Shown here: piece by piece, positions 9,468 through 19,141 of the stretch
How the letters are laid out: the number at the start of each line of letters is the position of its first letter
Numbering within the stretch: the stretch's first letter is position 1
NCBI GenBank assembly: GCA_965205975.1
Contig: OZ242195.1
Span: 800,001 to 864,000 of the forward strand
Direction of reading: 5' to 3'
Source: Candidatus Latescibacterota bacterium
Lineage (GTDB): Bacteria; Latescibacterota; UBA2968
DNA: 64,000 nt
Notes under the pieces: generated by a model
What the model was told of the DNA's origin: nothing
The model's database searches: none
The model's input: the letters and a program-made list of their open reading frames with translations, nothing else
Made by a program: the position numbers and the translations under genes

Positions 9468-11432
9468 TCAATTTTCAGAAGTGCGGCCATCTACTTCCTG
9501 GTGGGGGTTGTCTTCTGCCTGTTTTGTAAAATCGAGGATCTTCTTTCGCGTCCCCTTGCTGATGGTGACAACCCCGCTGTTCCACTCAGCATTGAGAAAG
9601 GGGCTTTCAAAGACTTTCTTTGGCGCGTAGTCGATCAGCTTGCCATTGATTGAGGGTACCGCTTTGGCGCTGGTATCAAAGGTCAACTGATCGCCATAGA
9701 TGGTTTTGTAGCGCAGCACCGTTCCATCCATCTGAACTTCACAGGCTTTCACCTTTTTTTTAAAAGCGTCGAAACTCGTGACATCGCTCCTGGCCATGAC
9801 TTCAATGATCACTGGTGCGTATTCGTCATTGGGGATCATGGTCGTGTTTTCGGGAACAAAGCGATCCGTGTCAAACTCGCCATCCATCCACTTGAAACCG
9901 CCTGTGGCTACACGGATCGCCGCATAAGCACCTTTGGCCTCCACATAGACCACGCCATCCTCTTCTACTGGCGTACTCAATCCGCTCTTCGACATCCAGA
10001 TGATCATCTCGGCACCGTCCTTATGGTGCTTGAGCTTCTGGATAATTAAGCTGCCTTTGCTCTGTACAGACCACTGTGCGTTCATGGCCACCCGGTTGTC
10101 TTTGGGGCGAACGATGGGAACAATACGCGCATCGTGTTCGCCGGCAAAGATCACGCCTTGCCAGCGATTTTGTGCACTGATCGCAGCCCAATCCTCCAGG
10201 GGCCTCGCTTCCGTCATTGGCGTTCCCATGATGAAGGCGGGATCGCAGTAGCTGTAGCGCAGAATACCACCCTTATCGGTTCGCATCCTGGTCGGCACTT
10301 GTGTATCAGCAGTCTTCAAAGGGCGACCCGTTTTTCCCAGACCCTGGGGACGCTGTCGCACCTCGTAGCGTCCTCGTCCTGCCACGTCGATTGCGATATC
10401 GGCTACCACGGCTGGTGGACGGTAGTCGCTGAGAGCCGCGTTTACGTCATGACCGTAAACAGCAGGCTGCTTGCCGATGCCAAAGTAGAACCAGGCCAGC
10501 GGCGCATTGCCATGATCCCGATTTTGCTGAAGCCCTTTCCAGAAATAGACGCGAGACCGCCCACCACCTTGAACGCCGTCAATCTGTTCCTGCGCCCAAT
10601 AGGCAAAATAAAGATCGAGCAACAGCCCGGCTGACCGTCTCACCTGCGGGTCACCAAAGTCGTAGAAATTGTAGAACCCCTTGATCAATGTGCTGTTATA
10701 GTCGTCGCACATCATCTCGATGCACAGGCTTTTGCGCGCACGTTCACGGCAGTAGATCACAAAATACGCATTCCAGGCCCGATAGTGTTCCGCCGCTGTA
10801 GCGCCGTCATCATACTTGAGATTCTTGTATTCGGGCCGATCTTTCGCGATCCTGGCAAACTGCCAGCAGACCGTAAAACTCATGGCATGATGATTCTCTG
10901 ACAGGTAGATGTGCCAGGTCTTAGATTTCTCGTATTCCGCCTTATCAAGTCGGGAAACCTTCCTGACGTATTCCCAAATTGGCTTGAGAGCGAGGGCTTC
11001 GGTCTTTTTGGTGATGCGATTACTACCGTTGGTGCCGTACATCTCAATCAGCCGCATGACGATCTCCGCATGCCAGTGAAAACTGTCACGGTCATTGATG
11101 TCCAGAGGGTTGTCGAGATAATGCTGGGCATTTTCGATAAGTGCGGCATTGGCTTCTTCCAGCATCTCGTTCAGGTAGAGGCAACGTGCGGCAAACCCCA
11201 CCATGGAATAGGAATAGGCCCGCACATAATTTCCTCGCCCGGGATCGAGTGGCTTCTGTTTTTTTGCCCGCACCAACGGCTTGCCAGATTCAGCGCGAAA
11301 CATCGCATCCACTCGCTGGTCAAAGCCAGCTACGACCGCTTCGGGGGTAAAATTCTTCTTCACTGGTTCCGCTCCTTGTGTCTGCCCAGTTATAAGTATA
11401 ACGATCAGCATTATGCGGTTTATAATTCGCAT
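9468..11432 (-). CDS. Secreted hypothetical protein, possibly heparinase II/III-like lyase architecture
   Basis: Signal peptide MRIINRIMLIVILITGQTQGA; SENHHAM motif; helical N-terminal half and beta-rich C-terminal half. Confidence 0.5.
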   Translation of the reverse strand: MRIINRIMLIVILITGQTQGAEPVKKNFTPEAVVAGFDQRVDAMFRAESGKPLVRAKKQKPLDPGRGNYVRAYSYSMVGFAARCLYLNEMLEEANAALIENAQHYLDNPLDINDRDSFHWHAEIVMRLIEMYGTNGSNRITKKTEALALKPIWEYVRKVSRLDKAEYEKSKTWHIYLSENHHAMSFTVCWQFARIAKDRPEYKNLKYDDGATAAEHYRAWNAYFVIYCRERARKSLCIEMMCDDYNSTLIKGFYNFYDFGDPQVRRSAGLLLDLYFAYWAQEQIDGVQGGGRSRVYFWKGLQQNRDHGNAPLAWFYFGIGKQPAVYGHDVNAALSDYRPPAVVADIAIDVAGRGRYEVRQRPQGLGKTGRPLKTADTQVPTRMRTDKGGILRYSYCDPAFIMGTPMTEARPLEDWAAISAQNRWQGVIFAGEHDARIVPIVRPKDNRVAMNAQWSVQSKGSLIIQKLKHHKDGAEMIIWMSKSGLSTPVEEDGVVYVEAKGAYAAIRVATGGFKWMDGEFDTDRFVPENTTMIPNDEYAPVIIEVMARSDVTSFDAFKKKVKACEVQMDGTVLRYKTIYGDQLTFDTSAKAVPSINGKLIDYAPKKVFESPFLNAEWNSGVVTISKGTRKKILDFTKQAEDNPHQEVDGRTSEN

Positions 11433-11445
11433 TATAAATACTCTG

Positions 11446-11760
11446 TTAATCCTGGTGAAAAACTTCCTGCAGCGGTATGCAGACTGGCGAGTTGTCGGGA
11501 TTGGTGTCCATGATATCGGCCATGTAGGCCCACCATTTCTTGACGATTTCGGTCTCTGGCAACTCATCTGCAGTATTGTCGTCGGTCAGCTTTTGCACCG
11601 CAAAGAGTGTCAGCGTCTCCTCATCGAGAAAAATTGAATAGTCCGAGACGCCAGCTTTGCCCAATTCTTCAGCTAGTTCGGGCCAAATTTCGTCGTGGCG
11701 CTTTTTGTACTCGGCTTCGTAACCGGGCTTTAGCTGCATCTTGAAAGCATTGCGTTGCAT
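11446..11760 (-). CDS. rhaM: L-rhamnose mutarotase
   Basis: AFKMQLKPGYEAEYKKRHDEIWPEL...KKWWAYMADIM...EVFH. Confidence 0.92.
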   Translation of the reverse strand: MQRNAFKMQLKPGYEAEYKKRHDEIWPELAEELGKAGVSDYSIFLDEETLTLFAVQKLTDDNTADELPETEIVKKWWAYMADIMDTNPDNSPVCIPLQEVFHQD

Positions 11761-11820
11761 GATATTTTACTCCTGACTTCGAGGATGAAGGGTTTTAGCA
11801 TTCATCGCCTTCATTTGCGC

Positions 11821-14055
11821 TCACGCTGAGCAGTCCCCGGCGTCTGTTGTACCGGTATCAAATGCCCATCCGTCCCACATGTTGTCAACGGTCGCTGGCA
11901 CATCCTCTCGAAAGTTTCGGGTATCGACCCACCACTGACGGTTTGGTGCTGGTCCATGCGACAGGTTAAAATATGGCGTCATACCATCTCGTTGATACTC
12001 ACAGGGAACGACGAGACGCACGACAGGCCGATCGCGGTCAGCAGAGCGATTGACACCTCCCCCGTGAATAAGGCGAGGATGCCAGAAAACAACGTCCCCT
12101 GCTTTGCCGGAAAACTCCACTGGCGCGATCTCTCTCAGCACATTGTCACGGGCTTTGCTATACGGCTCTGCGAGGTCGGGGTCAAGGGGACCGTAAACAG
12201 TAGTGTGATACAAGTGACTCATGTAATGTGACCCCGGCCAGATTGTAAAGCCACCAGAGTGCGGCGGCACCGTATCTACAAAAACCATTGCAGACAATTG
12301 AGCCGCTGTATGGTCTCCATGGGGGGCCAAACGACTTTCTGAATTTGGTGGTTTTGGAAATATACAATAGACCCCGCGCACCCGGTTTGAACGCTTAACC
12401 GGGTCGCCGATAAACAATGAGACCAACTGCCGCATACGTGGATGGTTGGCGATCTTATCGACAAAAAAAGGCTCTGTACCAATTTTGCGCGAGCGCATCT
12501 TCCAGGTGCCGCGCGAAAAGTGCCCTGCATTTTCGGCATCCGCCTCTGTCCACTGCCCGTGTGGCGCATCGAACCACGTTTGCACATCGTCGCGTTTGAC
12601 AATTTCACGCGGCACATTTTCCCACACATAATCCACGATCCGGTCAAACGTCTCCTTCTCTTGCAGAAACCCGCGTTTCACAATAAAACCATTCTCTTTG
12701 AAAAACGCGACTTCGGCTTCACTGAGGGTTGGGTCTCCGTTCACAAATTCTGGATCGGGCAAGAGGGCTGGGTCTCCGTTCGCAAATTCTGGATTGACCA
12801 ATACCTGGGGATCGCGGATGACGACGTCTTCGGAAATTCTGAGTGCGTGTAAACCGCTCCCTTCAAATGGCGGCACCAAAAGATTGTAGAATTGTTGCGC
12901 TTTCTCTTTCTGATTCATGCATGCCAATTCGGCTTTCACAGGCTCAAAGTCCATATTTAAATAAAGGTAAGCGGCGAGCCTCATACATCTAAATGCGGGC
13001 TCCCCAGAAAAGGGTTGGATCTGTGGAAGCGTCCACTCGAGATCGCCCGTCCAGTAGGGATAAAGCCAATCAAAGGCGCGTCGCATGGATCGTCCATCGG
13101 CAGATTCAAAATTGGCGAGATCAATACCCCACTGTCGGCCAATTTCAGCGAGTTCTAAAAGCAGCTCCAAATTCATACTCGCGTATCCAAGTGATTTTGT
13201 GCGTGCGAGTTCCAGAGGCTGTTGACCATCTGGCTCAATCTGATTGGCAATTCTTCTTTCTCCCACCCCTTTTAATATCATTCGCGCAAGGTCTGATTGC
13301 CCCACAAAAAGCGCGAATGTCACAACCTGAACATCATAAGAACTCGAATGGTTATTGCCATGACGCGCTTCATCAACGCCATAAGGATGCTTCAACATCC
13401 ATTCGAGAAAGGCATGAAACCAGGCCTGCAAATTTTCCATATCTTTTTTGGACCAGTTCCTGGAGTCGCGCAAAAAACTGACCGCAGGGAGCATATCGCG
13501 TGCAAATGCAGCCGTCTCAATAAGCCCAATACCTCGCCCTTCGCATATCCCGGGTATGGCCTGTCCAAACAACAGGTTTGGGTTCATCCTGGTTTCGGGA
13601 TTCATAAACCATGTTCGCAACAACAATGCAGCATGAGCCGCGTAGTCTTCTCGATGTGTAAAACCATACGCAAACCCCAGCGTTTTTACCGTTGAAATGA
13701 ATTTTGCCAACAAAGGGCGGTCCGTTTTCTCGACCTCGGGATTGACCTCGCCATCTCGTCGGATATAAGGCAAACCGTCAGGCTTATCGGGGTCAGGCCA
13801 CCAGTAAGGTCCAACACTCATGTAATCGTGTTTGTCACTACTGGTAGGCAAGATCGGTTTGTTCACAATGGTCAGCGGTTCCTGCTTCAAAGCGGCATCC
13901 GCTTTCACAAGCAAGGCTTTTAGAGCTTGCCCACACGGGTTATCTTCTTGTTTGCTCAACGAGCGCGCCCGCTTGATGTAATCGGGATCTACTGTAAATA
14001 TGGGTTCAGCAGGTGAAAACGCCTCGAGCAGATCAGCTTCTTTGTCCGGATACAT
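11821..14055 (-). CDS. Fusion of an Alginate_lyase-domain (PL38-like) lyase and a PhyH-like dioxygenase
   Basis: N-terminal KHDYMSVGPYWWPDP, DGLPYIRRDGEVNPE, GIGLIE, NNH; C-terminal FFKENGFIV, HGD, WPGSH, GDVVFWHPRLIH. Confidence 0.85.
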   Translation of the reverse strand: MYPDKEADLLEAFSPAEPIFTVDPDYIKRARSLSKQEDNPCGQALKALLVKADAALKQEPLTIVNKPILPTSSDKHDYMSVGPYWWPDPDKPDGLPYIRRDGEVNPEVEKTDRPLLAKFISTVKTLGFAYGFTHREDYAAHAALLLRTWFMNPETRMNPNLLFGQAIPGICEGRGIGLIETAAFARDMLPAVSFLRDSRNWSKKDMENLQAWFHAFLEWMLKHPYGVDEARHGNNHSSSYDVQVVTFALFVGQSDLARMILKGVGERRIANQIEPDGQQPLELARTKSLGYASMNLELLLELAEIGRQWGIDLANFESADGRSMRRAFDWLYPYWTGDLEWTLPQIQPFSGEPAFRCMRLAAYLYLNMDFEPVKAELACMNQKEKAQQFYNLLVPPFEGSGLHALRISEDVVIRDPQVLVNPEFANGDPALLPDPEFVNGDPTLSEAEVAFFKENGFIVKRGFLQEKETFDRIVDYVWENVPREIVKRDDVQTWFDAPHGQWTEADAENAGHFSRGTWKMRSRKIGTEPFFVDKIANHPRMRQLVSLFIGDPVKRSNRVRGVYCIFPKPPNSESRLAPHGDHTAAQLSAMVFVDTVPPHSGGFTIWPGSHYMSHLYHTTVYGPLDPDLAEPYSKARDNVLREIAPVEFSGKAGDVVFWHPRLIHGGGVNRSADRDRPVVRLVVPCEYQRDGMTPYFNLSHGPAPNRQWWVDTRNFREDVPATVDNMWDGWAFDTGTTDAGDCSA

Positions 14056-14115
14056 GTGAATACTCCTGTTTTAAGTTGGTCATTGTAAAATGAAACTCGC
14101 CTGGCTTTGACTCAG

Positions 14116-15171
14116 CTACCGCTCAGGATCTACTGTAGCACCTGTTACAAATAATAAAGCATCTTTGGAAAGTTTCTTGCCTCCCACGTACATCCCCCAT
14201 CGAAAGGCACTGCGACCACTGGGCCTTGCCCAGTCGTGGCGTCCTACAAATTCCCCATTGATGTAGCATTCAGATGTATAGCCGTTGTCGCGAATGCGGA
14301 CATCAAAAGACTTGCCTTCCATGTTCTTTAATACAGTCTTAGGGGTCGCTCTGCGCGGCTGGAATACGACGTCACCTTCAGCGGTCATAGCCAAATGTAT
14401 GGACCAGTCTTCGCCATCGTTTTTCACCTGAAAAATGGCACACCCTTGTGCCTTCACAATCGTGTAGGTGCCAATCCATTCATGCCAGGTCCCGCGGTCC
14501 CACCTCTTTTTGCTAAACGCCTCTATCCGAGCCGCATTGGCACGTGCATTGCGCACATTGTGCTCACCATCAAAAAGGCGAAACACCTGTGTGTTTCCGT
14601 CCTCCTGATACCATCGCGACCATTTGTGAAAATCGCGTCGAGGAATCAAACTGTTGCCCAGCGTGTGAATGTTGATTTCACTTTCTATGGGGCGTAATGC
14701 ATAGGGCCCCTTTTCTACCACCTCGTTATTGACGTCAATTATTGAACCTGTTATTCCCGCAGATGAGTTCGCACCGATCGGAATCTGTTTCTCTTCGAGA
14801 ATGGACGACCATGAAGGATCACTACCCTGCCTGGTGTAAAGGAACCGATCGGGGCTACCACCGCCACCACCGCCAGAGGTGGAGGTAGCAAAGGCATTGA
14901 CAAAGAGCAGAAAATCGCCAAAATCTATCATACCATTTCCGTCCAGATCAACCGGGGCGTCATACTTGTCATCGCCTTGATTTGCTCCAAACTTGCTTGC
15001 TAAAAATAAAAAATCTGCAAAGTTAACCATCTCATCGCCATTGAAATCCCCAGGCTGCGCAGTATCATCTGTCTGATTGCCCACGAGACCATCAGAGGCT
15101 TGCCCCGCGCATAGCAGCAACACAAGAGCGGCAATAAACGCTATTCCTTTGTTCAAAGACATTTGCGACAT
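14116..15171 (-). CDS. Secreted protein: dockerin/EF-hand-like pair plus putative jelly-roll polysaccharide-lyase-like domain
   Basis: Signal peptide; DFNGDEMVNFADF and DLDGNGMIDFGDF; Gly-rich linker; RIEAF, IFQVK, FRWGMY. Confidence 0.6.
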   Translation of the reverse strand: MSQMSLNKGIAFIAALVLLLCAGQASDGLVGNQTDDTAQPGDFNGDEMVNFADFLFLASKFGANQGDDKYDAPVDLDGNGMIDFGDFLLFVNAFATSTSGGGGGGSPDRFLYTRQGSDPSWSSILEEKQIPIGANSSAGITGSIIDVNNEVVEKGPYALRPIESEINIHTLGNSLIPRRDFHKWSRWYQEDGNTQVFRLFDGEHNVRNARANAARIEAFSKKRWDRGTWHEWIGTYTIVKAQGCAIFQVKNDGEDWSIHLAMTAEGDVVFQPRRATPKTVLKNMEGKSFDVRIRDNGYTSECYINGEFVGRHDWARPSGRSAFRWGMYVGGKKLSKDALLFVTGATVDPER

Positions 15172-15370
15172 CCTTTCTCAATTTTTCTGAAGACCCTGCC
15201 CAATCCAATTTTTTTGAACATTTTGTGTTTTTCTATGAGGCGCTGCACAACGAAATGTCTTGATTGAGGTTCATTTTTGTATGTACTATGCATATACGCA
15301 GTAGTTCTTTATATTGCGCTACACCGATCTGGTAGCGCGGGCTGAACTCAAAACAATGGGAAGAATATAT

Positions 15371-16786
15371 ATGGCACAGGCACAAAAACGACCACACATA
15401 CTCATTCTCACGGCGGACCAGCTACGGGCGGATTCCATGGGCTGCGCCGGTCATCCGCGGGTCAAAACGCCGGTCATCGACTCGCTTGCCAACGACGGCA
15501 TGCGGTTCAGCAATTGCCACACCGTGTCACCGGTCTGCCAGCCGTCGCGGGTATCGTTCATCACTGGCACCTACCCTCACAACCACGGCATCTGGTACAA
15601 CCGCGGCGAGCTGCCGATCAACTACCCGACGCTGTTCTCCCAATTGCGGGACGCTGGCTACCACACGGCAACCGTCGGCAAGTCGCACCTCTGGAGCCAC
15701 AAGAAGGTGTCTCATTTGTGCGAAGGCGAGCCGTATCTGCAAGCGCTCGGCTTTGACGTCATCGACGAACTCGGAGGACCGCGGGGGAGTCTCAACTCGG
15801 ACTCGTACTTCACCGACTACCTGCGCGAGAAGGATCTGTTCGAACTCTTTGTCAGCGACACGCGCGAACGGGTTCGCGACCCAAAGCTCGTCAAACCGGC
15901 GGCGTTTGAGGAGGACGATCACATGGACGGGTACGTGGGCAGGCGCTCGGTCGAGTTCGTCGATTCTGCGCCCGAGGATCGTCCGACCTGTCTGTTCGTC
16001 AACTTCCCCGGACCACATGATCCGTGGGACGCGCCGGGGAAGTACGCCACTATGTATGATCCGGCTGATTCGCCGCCCGCCATCGGCGTGCCACCACGCC
16101 CTGCCACGCTCCCCGACGAAGTCGCTCAGAAGGAGGACTTCAAGACGGAGCCGGGCCTGACTGCCGAAATCGCCGCTGCGATCCGGGCAAATTACGATGG
16201 CAAGATCACATTTGTCGATCACTGGTGCGGTGAGATCCTTGCGGCGTATGAACGGCGCGGCTGGCTCGATGATCTCTGCGTCGTGTTCTGGTCCGATCAC
16301 GGCGAAATGACCGGCGATCACGGCAGGGTGTTCAAACGCACCTTTCACGAATCTGCGTTGCGGGTCCCCCTGATCCTGCGCTGGCCTGGACGGATACCGT
16401 CGGGTACTGTCTGCGATGCTCTGGTGGAGACCATCGACGTCGGTCCTGCCTTGCTGGAAGCTTTGGGGCTCGACCAGTTGCAGATGTCCCTTGGGCAGTC
16501 GCTGGGGCATCTGTTCGCGGAGCCGACCGCGCACCACCGCACCGAGGTGCTGTCAGAGATTTTTTACGGCGGTTCGCGCAATACGATGGTGAAAACCGAA
16601 CGCTACAAGTACGTGATGGATCAGCACGGCATGGGGTACATGCTATACGACATGCAGCAGGACCCGGATGAACAGCACAATCTGATCGGCGATCCCGAGC
16701 ATCGGAGTACGGAGAACGAGATGCGGGACACGCTGCTTCGCCGCCTCGCGGCCAGCGCGTTTGTCATGGACAGCGTGAACCTTTGA
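15371..16786 (+). CDS. Sulfatase (Cys-type), GC-rich, inverted relative to neighbours
   Basis: PHILILTADQLRAD, CQPSR, GKSH, SDHG; start at MAQAQKRP. Confidence 0.93.
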   Translation: MAQAQKRPHILILTADQLRADSMGCAGHPRVKTPVIDSLANDGMRFSNCHTVSPVCQPSRVSFITGTYPHNHGIWYNRGELPINYPTLFSQLRDAGYHTATVGKSHLWSHKKVSHLCEGEPYLQALGFDVIDELGGPRGSLNSDSYFTDYLREKDLFELFVSDTRERVRDPKLVKPAAFEEDDHMDGYVGRRSVEFVDSAPEDRPTCLFVNFPGPHDPWDAPGKYATMYDPADSPPAIGVPPRPATLPDEVAQKEDFKTEPGLTAEIAAAIRANYDGKITFVDHWCGEILAAYERRGWLDDLCVVFWSDHGEMTGDHGRVFKRTFHESALRVPLILRWPGRIPSGTVCDALVETIDVGPALLEALGLDQLQMSLGQSLGHLFAEPTAHHRTEVLSEIFYGGSRNTMVKTERYKYVMDQHGMGYMLYDMQQDPDEQHNLIGDPEHRSTENEMRDTLLRRLAASAFVMDSVNL

Positions 16787-16810
16787 AAATAGCCTCCGAG
16801 ACCGGCACGT

Positions 16811-17737
16811 CTAATTAGCAACGACTCTCTGATCAGAAGTACGCGTTTCGCCATCTTCAGCCCCAAAAGCCGCGTTGTCTTCGTCGTAATACCTGTTGTA
16901 TCGTATGTTATTCCCTCCGCTTACCCACACGGCGCGAAACAGCGTTTGTCGTTTTGGCGGCATTGTAGCAATCACTTCTTTGGGTACGCTGCGACCGCCC
17001 CATCTGCTGTTTACGGCATTGTAGAGGTGGAACAAGCTCAACCGCTGGCGATTTTTGTTTGTCCACCGAGTGCCGGTATGGCATAGTGCTTCTGTGAAGA
17101 TCAGCGCAGAACCTGCAGGACACGTATATGTATCCCAAATTTCGCTCTCGCGGGTGCTCAATGACTCAGGTCGTTGAAATGCTGCCTTGTGGCTGCCAGA
17201 AGCCAGCATGGTGCCCCCGTCGCCCGGTCCGATCTCATTCAATTCCCAAACCACGCGTGTCAATCCTGAATGCACCTTGCCCGGAAGCATCTGGTAGATG
17301 TGTGAATTTCCGATGAGATTAAAATAGCCGCTGCCCCCGTGAGGCTTGTATCGATCGTATCCCACCTCGCGATAGTCCGTGCGTGTGCGCTCAAATGTAA
17401 ACCCATAACAGTCCTCGGTTGCCAACTGCTGACTTGCAACGATCTCATTCAAAATCCCGACAATCACGGGATGATCCAGCAGTGCTTGGGAAGGGCCTCC
17501 CACCGGATTCCGTTCTTCTGGTGGGAGTGACTCAGGCTCCTTAACGAGCTTCATCTGGTGTTCGTGGATCTCTGCCAACTGATCGCCCTCAATTAATCCC
17601 GGCAGACAAATCCAGCCCTTCATATCAAACAGGTACTTGTGCTCTTCGCTCATGGGAACGACCGGGAGCCCATCGGCATTGGTTGTCGGTAACATTTTGC
17701 CCACATCAGGCTCCAGGTTTGGACGTCCTCGATTCAT
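16811..17737 (-). CDS. PhyH-family dioxygenase-like protein
   Basis: YLFDMKGWICLPG, PHGG, SGSHK, GSALIFTEALCH. Confidence 0.8.
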   Translation of the reverse strand: MNRGRPNLEPDVGKMLPTTNADGLPVVPMSEEHKYLFDMKGWICLPGLIEGDQLAEIHEHQMKLVKEPESLPPEERNPVGGPSQALLDHPVIVGILNEIVASQQLATEDCYGFTFERTRTDYREVGYDRYKPHGGSGYFNLIGNSHIYQMLPGKVHSGLTRVVWELNEIGPGDGGTMLASGSHKAAFQRPESLSTRESEIWDTYTCPAGSALIFTEALCHTGTRWTNKNRQRLSLFHLYNAVNSRWGGRSVPKEVIATMPPKRQTLFRAVWVSGGNNIRYNRYYDEDNAAFGAEDGETRTSDQRVVAN

Positions 17738-17739
17738 AG

Positions 17740-18729
17740 CTAACTCCTTTCTTTTTTGGGTGAAAGCAGAAAATGGTCAAACCAGGCGACCATCTGCTCG
17801 AAGTACTCTACGAGAAAGCGATGATTGCCGTCGGGTTGATAGACTTTGAAACGATCGTCGTGCCCTGTTGCTACATAGGCTTTTTGTACAACGGGTATAA
17901 GAGCATCGACGCCTTGATGGGGCATGTCTTCGTCCCGGGTGGGCGAGATCATCATAAAAGGTCGCGGGGGCATGCAGGTGGCTACGACGCGCGGATGATC
18001 AAAATGACACAGGAAGTTGGGGATGTAGTAATAAGCACTGTGTCGTTCGTTGTCGCTCTGGTGAATGACGCTGGCCAGGCTGCCAAGGCCACCACAGACA
18101 GTTACGCCTGCTGCGATCCAGGATGCACACGCCATTGAATACCAGGTCGCGTTGCCGCCAAGCGACATGCCTGTCAGGCCAATGCGGCTTTTGTCAACGC
18201 CATTTATCGCGCAAAGAATTCGAGCGGCTCTGAGTGTTTCTTCGACGAGAATGCCCATCTGGCTTCGTCCATACGGAGCCAGGAGCTTGTTCTCGGTTGC
18301 CCATTCTTCAATGCTGCGGCGCCTTCCTTCTGTGCCTTTGATCGAGATGGCCAGTGTCGTGAACCCTCTTCGCGCGAGTTCACGTCCCCAGCCAATCAAT
18401 GGACCATCGGGAGATTGATGGAAGTGTGGATGCGCGACCCGTTCTGCAGAACCCGATGTGCCAGAAATGCATACGATTCCCGGTCGCAATTTTCCCGTAT
18501 GTCCAGGTGGTTCCATGAGGATGGCGGGAACGGTTTCGCGCAGTGAGTTCTGGTAGCTCAGATGGGTGACGCGAATGTCTTCGGTTTCGCGCGTTTCTGA
18601 GGTTGTAAAATCTACATTGTCAGGGACTGTAACCAGCCCCAGAAGCTCTATGAGCTTTGCACGGATATCTGAGTCGGCAAGGTCAGATGCGAATGCTGGC
18701 TGGATGTCAGGTGGTATGATAGGTGACAT
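17740..18729 (-). CDS. Alpha/beta hydrolase (dienelactone hydrolase-like)
   Basis: GMSLGG nucleophile elbow, RDED, GNHRF. Confidence 0.8.
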   Translation of the reverse strand: MSPIIPPDIQPAFASDLADSDIRAKLIELLGLVTVPDNVDFTTSETRETEDIRVTHLSYQNSLRETVPAILMEPPGHTGKLRPGIVCISGTSGSAERVAHPHFHQSPDGPLIGWGRELARRGFTTLAISIKGTEGRRRSIEEWATENKLLAPYGRSQMGILVEETLRAARILCAINGVDKSRIGLTGMSLGGNATWYSMACASWIAAGVTVCGGLGSLASVIHQSDNERHSAYYYIPNFLCHFDHPRVVATCMPPRPFMMISPTRDEDMPHQGVDALIPVVQKAYVATGHDDRFKVYQPDGNHRFLVEYFEQMVAWFDHFLLSPKKERS

Positions 18730-18749
18730 ATCGAGAAACCTTTGTCATC

Positions 18750-19034
18750 TCACGGTTTTTGCACGACAAATTCCGGCCGTGGAATCATGCGTTCCGGATT
18801 TCGTTCGTAACCTCGTTTCCACAACTCCTCCACAAGCCTTCCACTTTTAGCCAGTTCTTCGCGAAGTGCCTGCTGGTCTGCCTTTGCCCTCTGATCAATC
18901 GCTTCCGGGCAGCACACCTGGTATAGCATTCGCCGAAGCCGAGCCAGTTTCTGAGACGCATCGGGATGTTCCGCAAGATCTCGCATCTCCAAAGGATCCT
19001 CTGCAAGGTCATCTTCGAAGATGATGGGTCTCAT
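18750..19034 (-). pseudogene. Chimeric ORF: short foreign N-terminus fused to a sulfatase C-terminal tail
   Basis: MRPIIFED followed by DLAEDPLEMRDLA...CCPEAIDQRAKADQ, resembling choline-sulfatase-type C-termini; no CxPxR motif. Confidence 0.7.
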
Positions 19035-19141
19035 TGTCCAGTCTCGGTCAGGATTGACAGCAGGTCAGTATAAAATTTAATCCAGCAAAGCACAAGCGAA
19101 TCCAAATCTCTTTGGGCTTCCCGGGATTCTTTGGTTGCGGG

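Noticed and set aside
11433..11567. N-terminal extension of the 699-aa ORF
   Set aside because: Overlaps rhaM; the signal peptide begins at 11432
15527..16537. 336-aa antisense ORF and similar shadow ORFs (e.g. 2294-3022, 20175-20984, 46546-47256)
   Set aside because: They overlap well-supported genes and carry no motifs; expected in GC-rich coding DNA
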